Shown here piece after piece: positions 41,276 through 51,130 of a DNA stretch of 64,000 nucleotides. The stretch comes from Candidatus Bruticola sp. GTDB taxonomy: Bacteria > Vulcanimicrobiota > Xenobia > Xenobiales > Xenobiaceae. The first letter of the stretch is position 1. Every line of letters begins with the position of its first letter. Where the stretch lies: NCBI GenBank assembly GCA_051874735.1, contig JBJEGD010000013.1:78707-142706 (forward strand), in the 5' to 3' direction. A program made the position numbers and the translations under genes. A model generated the notes under the pieces. It saw only the letters and a program-made list of their open reading frames with translations, had not been told where the DNA came from and did no database searches.

Positions 41276-44041
41276 ATGTGCAGCTGCTTGGCAAAATTAA
41301 AAAAAATTGCGGCCACCGCGGGTGAGTGGGGGATAGTTGTCAGCCTCTATACTTTTTTAGCACTACTTTTTACTTATCCTTTGGTGCTGAACTATTCCGG
41401 GTACGTAGTCGGATGTATGGAAAGCGATGTTTGGAAGCATCTTTGGGGAATGTGGTGGATGCGCGTCCGCTTGATAGAAGACGGTGTGCTGCCGCTGCAT
41501 ACGTTTTTGCTTAATTATCCATACGGCGGCGCCCTGTACTTTATAGATTCCTTAAACGGCCTGCTTTCTGTACCTTTACAAAGCTTCTTAACTATAGTGC
41601 AGACTTTTAACACTATGGTTATCTTTAATTTAGTTCTAGCGGCTTCCGGAACTTACTTATTAGTTAAGGGCTTGACTGGACGACCTATGGCCTCCTTTTG
41701 CGCCGGTACGGTTTACGCTTTTTCAGCTTATATGGGATCCAGTATCGCCTCAGGTATAACAGAATCGATAAATATAGGCTGGATGCCCTTTTTCTGCCAT
41801 TATTTTATGCGTTTATTTAAAACGCGCAGCTGGAAAGACGCTTTTTGGGCAGCTGTATTCTTTTCACTTAACACTTTAGGCTGTTGGTATTTCGGCACTT
41901 TTGCTGTTCTTTTTGCTGTTTTTTACTATGTGTGGTTGTTATTTGAGCGTATCGGTCGATCTTGTCAGGGAGCAGGTAAGGAACTACTCAAACTGGTGCT
42001 GCCTCCCTGGAATTATGAGTTTACGCTCGGTTTAGTTATATTAAGCAGCTGGTGGTATCTGATGCAGAAGTTGCCCAGCCTGCTAGTTCATTTATCATTT
42101 GGTTTCATTCTTTTTTCTGACATTTACATATGTATTTTTGTGCCGCTTTTGATTGCCGTCGCTTGGTATGTTTGGGGCACTCCTCAAACATCGTTTTCTC
42201 TGCGTTATAGGTCTTTGCTAGTTTTAACTGGCGAAATGGCTTTGAGCTATTGGCCTGGTTCTTACTTATGGGATAAAGCCAAGCTGAACTGGGATTGGCA
42301 GCCTCTTTCGTTCGGATTGACAGTTTGTTTGGGGTGGGTAGTTGCCTCGGCTGTGGCTCTATTATGTTTTATCTTCTTAGATAAAAAGTCTGCTACTTGG
42401 GAGGGGGGCAGTTCTATTGCACAGCGTATAAGTGCCGCTTTTAGGGCTATTCGTCCGCCTTTTTTAAAGTTCTGGTTGATAAAGGTCTTCCAGCTGTTGA
42501 TTTTCGGCACTGCTGGAGTGAAGCTCAGCTCTGAAACTTTGCACGGGCTAGAAGTAGAGCGCAGTCTAATATTGACCGCTTTTTTGGTATTGTCAGCTAT
42601 AATCTGGCAACACATATTCTTAACTAACTTTATAAAAGAAGTTTCCGATGCCGACGGTAAAAGGAGAGCACTGTTAGCTCCTTTGCCGGTGCGTCTAGCC
42701 CATTATTACCTAGACAATTTTAATTTTATAAATTTGGGATCAGTATTAGCTTTGCTGGCAGTGCAGTATCTTTTAGCTGACGATTACTCTCCTTTAGGTC
42801 TTTTCTTTGTTTGGCTAGTCTGCGCTCAAATAGTGGAATTGCTTCCTTTTATCTCCCGACGATGGCGCCTTAATTTTGAGCGCTATTTAAATGCAAGATG
42901 GTCCATTTCCATAGACGATTTGGGACGCATTTACTGGCATGAATATTTTAAAGTACCTTGTTTAATGGTATTAATCTGCGCCGCCATCATTGTTGGTCCG
43001 ACTATAGCTTTTCAAAGCACTATAAATGCTAGCGATTCTATAGTCTTCAGAGGGCGCAGCGAGATGAATGTCGATCTCCATTTGTCCCGCCAATTTTATA
43101 ATGTAATGACTTTAAAAGATTTTGTAGTCGGTGGCAAAGAGAGAGCGGTAGAGAGCTATACGGTAGACCGGTTAATTCGCGCTTGTTATATTGGCTGGTG
43201 TGCTTTAGCACTTGCTGCAGGTGGCTTGCTTTGGGGAAGGCGGCGCCGCGATAGAGGATATTGGCTGTTTTGCACCTTAATCTTTATGGTATTTGCTTCC
43301 GGTCCCTTCATGTATATTAGCGATGAAATTTATTCTACAGTTAAGTCGCCGCTTTACATGCTGTTTTTCCGTTATTTCCCTACATTTTCCGCTGTATCTA
43401 TACCATTTCGCTTCAGTATTTTGGTTATGTTGAGCGTCTCTGTACTGAGCGCTTATGCTTTGGCTGACCTAGAAAGACAACTTTCTAGACTAGAGAGCTT
43501 GATGCTGACATCAGCAGTATGCGCAGCAGTTATCTTTGAAGTAGCTGTTGTATCGCCATCGCCTTTTCCTTTACCTCTTTCAGAAGCTAAAATGCCTCAA
43601 TACTGCGCAGATATTGCAGCTGCCGGAGGGGACTATGGCTTAATAGATTTCCCTATTCAGCGCACTAGAGGGGAGCTGCTGCCTGGAGAATACTTTTTCT
43701 ATCAAATTGGCCATCACCAGGCTATTCCTAACCGTGTGGAAGGAACAATTCCCTTATTTGTTTATCAGAATGCTTTTACTAGCTACCTCTTTATTTTGGA
43801 ACATTCTCAAGGTGATATCCCGGAGCGCAGCCGTGAAGAACTGGACGTCGGTTTCGCTGACCTAATGCGTTTTCGTTTTCGCTATATAGTTGTGCACAAT
43901 AATTACTTGCGTCGCCGCTCTAAAGAAAAACTGCATAATATGCTGCACTTTTACTGTGGCGAACCTAAGCACTACCCCAAAGGGGTTTATGTTTACACCA
44001 TCCCTAGACCTGCAGAATTGGGCAGATCAGTAAAACATTAA
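41276..44041 (+). CDS. Large polytopic membrane protein, GT-C-fold glycosyltransferase-like
   Basis: TM1 followed by ESDVWKHLWGMWW...NYPYGG; YAFSAY; IPFRF; C-terminal YQIGHH; many TM segments. Confidence 0.65.
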   Translation: MCSCLAKLKKIAATAGEWGIVVSLYTFLALLFTYPLVLNYSGYVVGCMESDVWKHLWGMWWMRVRLIEDGVLPLHTFLLNYPYGGALYFIDSLNGLLSVPLQSFLTIVQTFNTMVIFNLVLAASGTYLLVKGLTGRPMASFCAGTVYAFSAYMGSSIASGITESINIGWMPFFCHYFMRLFKTRSWKDAFWAAVFFSLNTLGCWYFGTFAVLFAVFYYVWLLFERIGRSCQGAGKELLKLVLPPWNYEFTLGLVILSSWWYLMQKLPSLLVHLSFGFILFSDIYICIFVPLLIAVAWYVWGTPQTSFSLRYRSLLVLTGEMALSYWPGSYLWDKAKLNWDWQPLSFGLTVCLGWVVASAVALLCFIFLDKKSATWEGGSSIAQRISAAFRAIRPPFLKFWLIKVFQLLIFGTAGVKLSSETLHGLEVERSLILTAFLVLSAIIWQHIFLTNFIKEVSDADGKRRALLAPLPVRLAHYYLDNFNFINLGSVLALLAVQYLLADDYSPLGLFFVWLVCAQIVELLPFISRRWRLNFERYLNARWSISIDDLGRIYWHEYFKVPCLMVLICAAIIVGPTIAFQSTINASDSIVFRGRSEMNVDLHLSRQFYNVMTLKDFVVGGKERAVESYTVDRLIRACYIGWCALALAAGGLLWGRRRRDRGYWLFCTLIFMVFASGPFMYISDEIYSTVKSPLYMLFFRYFPTFSAVSIPFRFSILVMLSVSVLSAYALADLERQLSRLESLMLTSAVCAAVIFEVAVVSPSPFPLPLSEAKMPQYCADIAAAGGDYGLIDFPIQRTRGELLPGEYFFYQIGHHQAIPNRVEGTIPLFVYQNAFTSYLFILEHSQGDIPERSREELDVGFADLMRFRFRYIVVHNNYLRRRSKEKLHNMLHFYCGEPKHYPKGVYVYTIPRPAELGRSVKH

Positions 44042-44053
44042 GGAGGATAATAA

Positions 44054-44311
44054 GTGAACCGTCGGCGGAACTACTGGGCCATTATAAAGAAGCTGATTCG
44101 CAGCCAAAATTGGCAAATAGTTTGGATTGTATTAGCTTTCATGGTTGCGCTGCAACTGTTTTTCGCTATGTCTGCTAACGTGAGATATGTAAAAAAGCCT
44201 GTAGTAAAATCTGATGTTTCTGTTTTTGAAGACAACGAATTTATAGATAATAATGCAGAAGTGCCAGTAGCTCCTAATCATGAGTTCAATTTCGATAGGG
44301 GAGAAAATTAA
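44054..44311 (+). CDS. Small single-TM protein
   Basis: AGGAGG RBS; one hydrophobic helix; closely spaced with its neighbours. Confidence 0.6.
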   Translation: MNRRRNYWAIIKKLIRSQNWQIVWIVLAFMVALQLFFAMSANVRYVKKPVVKSDVSVFEDNEFIDNNAEVPVAPNHEFNFDRGEN

Positions 44312-44313
44312 TT

Positions 44314-45402
44314 TTGGATTCTAATAAAAACGGTTGGGCTGTTGAGCCGGAAACCGCTCCGCTGCCGTGCAGAGAACCTCATTTTGCAAGGTATAAATTA
44401 AGCTGGGGGAAGATATTGACCGGCTTAGGAATATGTCTCTGCCTTGTACCTTTAGTTAAAACTGATCAACTGCTCAGTAGCTTCAGCAGACTGAGCTGGG
44501 AGTGTTTTTTTCTTTCTCTAGTTTTTTTTATATTAGCTTCGGCTCCGGCTAGCTTAGTTTGGTATGCTGCGGCCCGCCATTTGGGTTCTTCAATGAGCTT
44601 TATGCAATCGTGGCGCCTTTCTTTGATAGGTTTTTTTTGGAATAATTTAATTCCGGGCGGGGTCGCTGGAGATGGAGTACGCGTTTGGGAAGTGCACAAG
44701 CGTCATCTTTCTTATGCGCAGGGAGCGGCTTCAGTTTTTATTGAACGATGGAGCGCATTAGCCGCCCTTATAGTTATTTCGCTGGCCGCCTGGTTTATGG
44801 CAGCCCCTATTTTTGATTCTTTTGAAGAAAAAACGCATACTTTGCCTATTTTATCCAGCTTAAACGGATTTAGTGTTAAGTGGAGCATGTTATCTGTTAT
44901 TATTGTTATGGCTGTAGTTTTTGTCTTGGGAAGTGCAGTCATTTTTTCTGAACATTTGTGGCAGGGGTTGCGTTATCGTCTGTTAAGCCGCTTCAGTTTA
45001 GGGGCATCTTTAGAAGAATTTACCAAAACTTGTGCTCTCATAAAATTCCATTGGCTGGGTTTTCTAGCCGCTTCGGCAATAAATTTGCTAGCTCCGTTAT
45101 TGGAAGCCATCGCCGTATATATTGTATTTTATAAAATTTGCCCGCACAATTTGCCTATAATTTATTTCTTGATATTTATACCAATTTTTCGCCTTATGCT
45201 TCATCTGCCTATATCGGTAAACGGCATAGGCACGCAGGAAGCGGCTTTTGCTGTTTATTGGGGCAGCGTGGGCATGGATTTAGAACCCGTGCTGCTTTCT
45301 TCTTTTTTAGTGCATGCTATTAAGCTATTTATGTGTGTGTTGGGAGCTTTGCTGTATTACTTAGAACCACAGGCTGAACGAAAAATACAGGCGGACAGCT
45401 AG
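44314..45402 (+). CDS. Lysylphosphatidylglycerol synthase TM-region (UPF0104, flippase-like) protein
   Basis: FFWNNLIPGGVAGDGVR, SVFIER and LPISVNGIGTQE motifs. Confidence 0.85.
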   Translation: MDSNKNGWAVEPETAPLPCREPHFARYKLSWGKILTGLGICLCLVPLVKTDQLLSSFSRLSWECFFLSLVFFILASAPASLVWYAAARHLGSSMSFMQSWRLSLIGFFWNNLIPGGVAGDGVRVWEVHKRHLSYAQGAASVFIERWSALAALIVISLAAWFMAAPIFDSFEEKTHTLPILSSLNGFSVKWSMLSVIIVMAVVFVLGSAVIFSEHLWQGLRYRLLSRFSLGASLEEFTKTCALIKFHWLGFLAASAINLLAPLLEAIAVYIVFYKICPHNLPIIYFLIFIPIFRLMLHLPISVNGIGTQEAAFAVYWGSVGMDLEPVLLSSFLVHAIKLFMCVLGALLYYLEPQAERKIQADS

Positions 45403-45491
45403 ATGAACGGTTTAATTTTGGTAATTGTATAACGACTTTTTTTATAATTATTTGAGAGCTGTCCGCCTTAAGTAAGTAAAAGTAGCTTTAA

Positions 45492-45640
45492 TTAGTATTT
45501 TTTGAGAATAACTTCTTCAATAAGTTTAGATACTCTTTTCAACTCTTTTTTTGCATCTTTGTGAGGTATGTATCTCTGAATATAACCTTTTTGTCCTTTT
45601 TATTCTTCGGTAACTACATCTTCCCATCTACATTCTGGCG
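45492..45640 (-). pseudogene. Possible decayed gene fragment
   Basis: The minus strand reads ...CRWEDVVTEE*KGQKGYIQRYIPHKDAKKELKRVSKLIEEVILKKY*: protein-like, with one internal stop and no clear start. Confidence 0.3.
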
Positions 45641-45920
45641 TTGAGGAAGTTGTTGGCTAGGAGAAGATGATTATATTTTTTTGCTTCTGCTCCGTTGCGG
45701 AATAGAAAAATATAAATGGTAAATTGAATATTTTTTTGTAGTCTTTCTAGTGATTGAGAACAAAGTAAAACAGAAAATATTTATTCTTCAGCGCCTGCAG
45801 TTATATGGGCATATAGGGAATTTCTTATTACTGTGAGAAATGAAAAATTTGGTGCTGAATTAAAAAATCAGCAGGTAATAATCATTTTAAGCGAAGTGAA
45901 AAGCCGATTTTTAGAAAGGG

Positions 45921-47009
45921 ATGTTTCGTTTCATGTTGTTGAACGTCGATACTACAAAGACTTCTGTAATCGAAGAACTTTTAGGTAGCGAAGCTGAGTC
46001 TTTGCTTAAGCATGAGTGTAAGACTATCGATAAGAAGATGCTCCATCTTCCTGGAGGAGACGTCGTAAATCGCATTTACAGCGATTCTGACCGTAATTAC
46101 CAGGTGCTGCGCAGTTTGCAGCAGCTCTTCGGCACTGGTCGTTTGGCCAATACTGGCTATTTGTCAATTCTGCCTATCGATCAGGGACTCGAGCACAGTG
46201 CTGGCGCTTCTTTCGCTGCTAACCCTGCTTACTTCGATCCAGAAAATATTGTTAAATTGGCTATCGAAGGCGGATGCAACGCGGTTGCTTCAACTTTTGG
46301 TGTACTCGGTGCTGTGGCCCGCAAGTATGCTCATAAAATTCCTTTCGTTGTAAAGCTGAACCACAACGAATTGCTTACCTATCCTAACTCTTTCAAACAG
46401 ATTCTTTTTGGAACCGTGCGTGAAGCTTGGGATATGGGTGCTGTCGCTGTAGGCGCTACCATTTATTTCGGCAGTGAAGATTCCCGTCGCCAGATTGTGG
46501 AAATTGCCCAGGCTTTCCATGAAGCTCATGAGCTCGGTATGGCTACTATCCTTTGGTGCTACACTCGTAACGATGCTTTTAAGGTTGACGGAGTTGACTA
46601 TCACACCGCCGCCGACGTTACCAGTCAGGCTAACCACATCGGTGTAACCTTGGAAGCCGATATCATCAAGCAGAAACTGCCCACTCTTAACGGCGCCTTC
46701 AAGAAGATCGGCTTCTGCAAGCGCGATGAGCGTATGTACACTGAGTTGTCCAGCGATCATCCTATTGATTTGTGCCGCTACCAGGTAGCTAATTGCTATA
46801 TGGGCCGCATGGGCTTGATTAACTCTGGTGGGCCTTCCGGCTCCAATGACTTGGCCGAAGCTGTTAGAACCGCTGTTATCAACAAACGCGCCGGTGGTAT
46901 CGGTTTGATCTGCGGACGTAAAGCTTTCCAGCGTCCTATGGAAGAGGGAGCTCGTCTCATTCACGCTATCCAGGATGTGTATCTCAACAAGGATATTACT
47001 ATCGCCTAA
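45921..47009 (+). CDS. fbaB: Class I fructose-bisphosphate aldolase (DhnA type)
   Basis: [33 protein letters not shown] (Schiff-base Lys) and AVINKRAGG motifs. Confidence 0.95.
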   Translation: MFRFMLLNVDTTKTSVIEELLGSEAESLLKHECKTIDKKMLHLPGGDVVNRIYSDSDRNYQVLRSLQQLFGTGRLANTGYLSILPIDQGLEHSAGASFAANPAYFDPENIVKLAIEGGCNAVASTFGVLGAVARKYAHKIPFVVKLNHNELLTYPNSFKQILFGTVREAWDMGAVAVGATIYFGSEDSRRQIVEIAQAFHEAHELGMATILWCYTRNDAFKVDGVDYHTAADVTSQANHIGVTLEADIIKQKLPTLNGAFKKIGFCKRDERMYTELSSDHPIDLCRYQVANCYMGRMGLINSGGPSGSNDLAEAVRTAVINKRAGGIGLICGRKAFQRPMEEGARLIHAIQDVYLNKDITIA

Positions 47010-47265
47010 TTGAGAATTAGGATCACAATCGCTCTGTGCCGCTTGTTCGTTTTTCGGCGTGCCGGTGGTAATGAGAGTAGGAAAGTCTGAGACTAGTTCT
47101 TCAAAGGCGGGCTGGTCTCAGATTTCTGACCTTTTGTGATTATTTTTTATTTTTTGTTCAAAATAAGGCAACAGACTTTACCTATGTTTTAAGGTAAAAT
47201 ATCTACGAAGGTTTTTGATTCATCAGATCCTCGCCATCTAGACGTGGAGGTTCCAACTATAAAAA

Positions 47266-48735
47266 ATGATAGGTTCAATCAGTACCCCCAATTATAGTAA
47301 TTATAACATCCAGGGAGTTAGCGCCCCCAGAGCTAAGCAGGCCGAAACAATTGAATTCTCATACAACTCTCAGGATCAGTTGGTTAAGTCTGCCGGCACT
47401 ACCGAAGTAGACGGCGTCACTATTCGTAAAAATGTAAAGGGCGAGTCTAATATTTCCACCGAGCGCACTAAGCTCAGCACCGCTCTGAAAGCTAATGACG
47501 AAGGCACCTACGTTTACGATCAGAAAGCTAAACCCAAAGAGTTTACTTCTGCCCATGTATTTGCTACTGTTAACAACACTTTGCAAATGTTCCAAGATGC
47601 CTATGGCGAGAAGATTCCGTGGGCTCGTCCTGTTAGCCAAATGAAGATCGTCCCCGATGGCGGTGAAATGCTCAACGCTTATTACTCTCGTCGCGACGTC
47701 TCTGTAAACTTCTTCCACGCTGTCGATCCTACAACTAACGAAATGGTCTATTCTGGCCAGTCCGGTGAGGTCGTTTCCCACGAAGTCGGTCACGCCATGC
47801 TTGATGGTCTCCATCCCGAGTATCTGCAGGCTTGGAGTCCTGATCCCGGCGGGTTCCACGAGTCTTTTGCCGATATGACCGGTTTTATGATGGCTACTCA
47901 AGATGACGCCACTTGCGAGTTAGTAGCTCAGCAGACCGGCGGCGACCTCACCAAAGACAACAGTCTGTCTTTGACCGGTGAAGAGCTCGGTACCACTATC
48001 GGTCACGCCAGTGGTGACAGCAGCCGTAATAACATCCGCAACGCTAACAACAAATTTAAGTGGGTCGATCCTAAAACTCTGCCCGAAAATCCTCCCAAAG
48101 GCGGTCTGGGCACTGAAATGCATAGTTGGTCCCAGGTTTATACTGGAGCCATGTACGATGCCTTTACTACAATGGTGAAGCGCGGCATGGAGGAAGAGGG
48201 CCTGACTGCAGCTCAATCTATTAAAGACAGCGGTAAGCAGCTCATCGAACTGTATGCAGCCACTTTGAAAGACGCTCCTAAGGGCGATTTCACTTACAAG
48301 CAGATGGCTAATTGCATGTTGAAAGCCGATCGCGAATTGGGCGGCAAGAACCAGGAAGCTCTCCGCAACGCTTTTATTGGCCGCAATATTTTAGATGATA
48401 ACATGAGCATTAACGAAACTCCCGACTACGGTATGAGAAATACTCGTACTATGACCGTATCTTTAGACGGCGATTTCGGTATGTTCTCTGGTGCTAAGGT
48501 CGATACTTTAGTAGACGCAGACAAAATGTATGCTAGTGACTCTTCCCGTCCGGAAGCTACTAATCTCAAGCATGATATGAAGCGTTTAATCGACGCTGGT
48601 CGTATTCTGTATACTGAGCCCAATCAGAATATCCAGACTAAAGATCTTTTCGATAAGGATGGAGTTCCTTACGCTGGTGTAGTTCGCTGGATCGATGGTA
48701 ATATGACCATTGAGAGAAATACTATTATTAATTAG
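47266..48735 (+). CDS. Gluzincin metallopeptidase (M4/M36-like)
   Basis: NAYY, SHEVGH (HEXXH), HESFAD third ligand, EMHSWSQVY; GGAGG upstream. Confidence 0.8.
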   Translation: MIGSISTPNYSNYNIQGVSAPRAKQAETIEFSYNSQDQLVKSAGTTEVDGVTIRKNVKGESNISTERTKLSTALKANDEGTYVYDQKAKPKEFTSAHVFATVNNTLQMFQDAYGEKIPWARPVSQMKIVPDGGEMLNAYYSRRDVSVNFFHAVDPTTNEMVYSGQSGEVVSHEVGHAMLDGLHPEYLQAWSPDPGGFHESFADMTGFMMATQDDATCELVAQQTGGDLTKDNSLSLTGEELGTTIGHASGDSSRNNIRNANNKFKWVDPKTLPENPPKGGLGTEMHSWSQVYTGAMYDAFTTMVKRGMEEEGLTAAQSIKDSGKQLIELYAATLKDAPKGDFTYKQMANCMLKADRELGGKNQEALRNAFIGRNILDDNMSINETPDYGMRNTRTMTVSLDGDFGMFSGAKVDTLVDADKMYASDSSRPEATNLKHDMKRLIDAGRILYTEPNQNIQTKDLFDKDGVPYAGVVRWIDGNMTIERNTIIN

Positions 48736-48774
48736 TATCGACAAAAAATAATCGGCTGTTTTGATAATAGCTGG

Positions 48775-48813
48775 AGGCTCCCGCGGGCAAAGTCAAGGCG
48801 GGAGCCTTTTTTT
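48775..48813 (+). terminator. Intrinsic terminator
   Basis: AGGCTCCCGC...GCGGGAGCCT followed by a T-run. Confidence 0.8.
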
Positions 48814-48909
48814 ATTTTGCCGCTGATTATATAAATAAAAAAATCCCGTCCGCTTTTAGTAAGCAAACGGGATCGCTTCAGATTTTATGCCGTATTTTAT
48901 TGAGTTGAG

Positions 48910-51039
48910 TTATTTCTTCTTAATAAGTATATACTCATTCTGTTTAGTTTGGGGAGTATTGGCCGCTGGGCCATGATGAATTTTGCCTCCCTTCATAACT
49001 TCTAAGCAAGTTAACACTGATATGTAGTGGTTAGTTGCCATCCAGAGTGAGGATTCTGCCCAGGTTAAGGGTGTATTAATGCCGGGCAGATAAGCTTTGC
49101 CGGAATTGGGAGGCAGAGTACTGACGCACTGCCAGGCTTCGGGAACAGACCAAGCGGGAGCTACAGCTCCGTTAGCCTTAACAATGTCGGTTTCGGGAGT
49201 AATTCTGGCGTAAGCTCTGTTTATATTGCGGTTGGCTCCGGCCAAGCATTCTTTTATAAGAGCTTCTTCTTCAGCCGTAAGGGTAGGACGTCCGTTAGGT
49301 TTAGTTCTAGATGAAGCTTGATTACAGATCGCTCTAGCCTGTTCTGCATAACCGCGGGCCAGATCGGAGACTAAGAACCATTGGGCTTCGCAATTAGGAG
49401 CAGTTAACTTAGAGCGGGCCATAAAGACGTCGGCTGCGCTGGCGTCTTTAGAGCCGAACTCTTTAAGAATGTTAAGCCATTCAAAATTTATATGACCTTC
49501 AGGATCGCAGGCAATATTGTAGTTCAAGTTCAAGTAGCTGTCAGGAGATACGGCTTTAGAACCATCTTTTAAAGTCATATTAAAAGGAGCATAGCGCAGT
49601 GAACCATTATCTCTTACTAAAGCGTCTTCCAGCATTTTTAAGTTTTTGAGATGCTTGCGGACGCTCTTTAAGACGTCTGCATCGAGCATAACCTGAGTGG
49701 AGGAAAGCAAAGCTAAGGATATATCTTTTTCACGCTGACCCGGACTTTCTGCATAGTAAGTTTTTTGGACTCTGGTTAAGCCGCGCTGATAAGCTGCTTC
49801 AATATCGCTTCGGCGGCTGAAAATGTCGCCGTGTTTTTGGCAGCGCAGAGCTTTGCGCAGTTTCATTATGTCTTTATTCGAATTGTAGGCGGGGTTGTAC
49901 ATAATGTCGAGTACTTCGCCTAGAGCGTCGTTAATAGTTTGAGTGTCCCAGGTTAAGCCACCGGGAAAAGGTATCTCTTCCCAGTTGCCGGCTGAAGGAG
50001 CGGTGGAATAGTCTATGCTAACAAGATAGGCCGTCAAATTCGTTACCGCCTGTAAGAAAAGAGGAGAAGGATCTTTGATACCACGATCCCAGTGCTTTAT
50101 GCAGCCGTCGCGCAGAGCAGCCATAAAAGCTCTCAAGGCTAAACCGTGCGATTCTAGACGCTTGTTGTTAAACCATTGACTGTCGCGTTCTAAAGTGGCT
50201 GGATAAAAAATATGGGCCACACCTTCAACTGGTCCTCCTTCACGGTAAGAGGCCGGATCGGCTATCGCCTTATCGAAAGCGCGCTGCTCCGCTTTGCTGG
50301 TATAGAACTTAGCTAATGTATTTAAGGCTGTGGTCCAAGCCTTGGGATTGACATTAGTCTCTAAAAATCCGGCATAAATAGTGTCTGTGATCCAGGCACG
50401 TTCAGACATTTCCGGATTTTCACCTTCAGGTATATCACTAGTAGCAATTAAGCCGTTCTTTTCGTTAAGATTAATACGGAAGACATAATTACGGAGGGCT
50501 AAATCACGCAGTTGGCCTAAAGTAGTGCTGGTATACTCAGAACGCAGTTGTTTAAATATCGCGGAATTGTAGACTGGCACACTGTAATCGGGACCTTGAA
50601 AAGTTTGGTACTTGATATTGGTAGCAGCCCGCATAGTTTTTAAAGTATTTAGCAAACTGGAAACACTGCCCTCAATTTTGGCTAATCTGTCCCAACTCAG
50701 ACGGCAGTCTACTTTGCGGCTATTAGGGAGGTTGTCTAGATCGGGAACTTCTATACTGTCAGTGCCAAGCATGCAATTTAACTTGTCTATCCAGGCGGCG
50801 TCAGTAACTTGAAAATTTTTGCCTTCTTTATGCATTTTTTCCAGCTTGCTGATGCTTTCATCAACAAATTGGCTAATTTCCGCTGAAGAATAATTGGCGC
50901 GTTGGCCAGGCAGGGTAGAGAAGACTGGTGAAGCCGTCTGAGTTGTATCTGCAGAAGCAGAATCAACTGGACTAGCTAATACGGAGATAGGCCAACTGAG
51001 CAAACAAGCTAGAGCTAAAAGATGGGCGGTAAATTTCAT
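48910..51039 (-). CDS. Secreted six-hairpin glycosidase-like protein (GH15 / phosphorylase-kinase-regulatory-like)
   Basis: Sec signal MKFTAHLLALACLLSWPISVLA; AWITD (WxRD-like), AGNWEE, VPEAW and TPLTWAES motifs. Confidence 0.62.
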   Translation of the reverse strand: MKFTAHLLALACLLSWPISVLASPVDSASADTTQTASPVFSTLPGQRANYSSAEISQFVDESISKLEKMHKEGKNFQVTDAAWIDKLNCMLGTDSIEVPDLDNLPNSRKVDCRLSWDRLAKIEGSVSSLLNTLKTMRAATNIKYQTFQGPDYSVPVYNSAIFKQLRSEYTSTTLGQLRDLALRNYVFRINLNEKNGLIATSDIPEGENPEMSERAWITDTIYAGFLETNVNPKAWTTALNTLAKFYTSKAEQRAFDKAIADPASYREGGPVEGVAHIFYPATLERDSQWFNNKRLESHGLALRAFMAALRDGCIKHWDRGIKDPSPLFLQAVTNLTAYLVSIDYSTAPSAGNWEEIPFPGGLTWDTQTINDALGEVLDIMYNPAYNSNKDIMKLRKALRCQKHGDIFSRRSDIEAAYQRGLTRVQKTYYAESPGQREKDISLALLSSTQVMLDADVLKSVRKHLKNLKMLEDALVRDNGSLRYAPFNMTLKDGSKAVSPDSYLNLNYNIACDPEGHINFEWLNILKEFGSKDASAADVFMARSKLTAPNCEAQWFLVSDLARGYAEQARAICNQASSRTKPNGRPTLTAEEEALIKECLAGANRNINRAYARITPETDIVKANGAVAPAWSVPEAWQCVSTLPPNSGKAYLPGINTPLTWAESSLWMATNHYISVLTCLEVMKGGKIHHGPAANTPQTKQNEYILIKKK

Positions 51040-51130
51040 AATTTCGGAACAGCTCTCCTAGACATATAAATTTTAAGTATTGTCTGCAACTGCTGCAGAG
51101 CTGCCCTTCAGCATCTCTTGCAGCTAAAAA

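Noticed and set aside
46290-46964. 224-aa antisense ORF inside fbaB (similarly 32217-32651, 47359-47901, 56675-57205, 56860-57312, 28-489)
   Set aside because: These are shadow ORFs opposite well-supported, codon-biased genes, with no motifs or RBS support.
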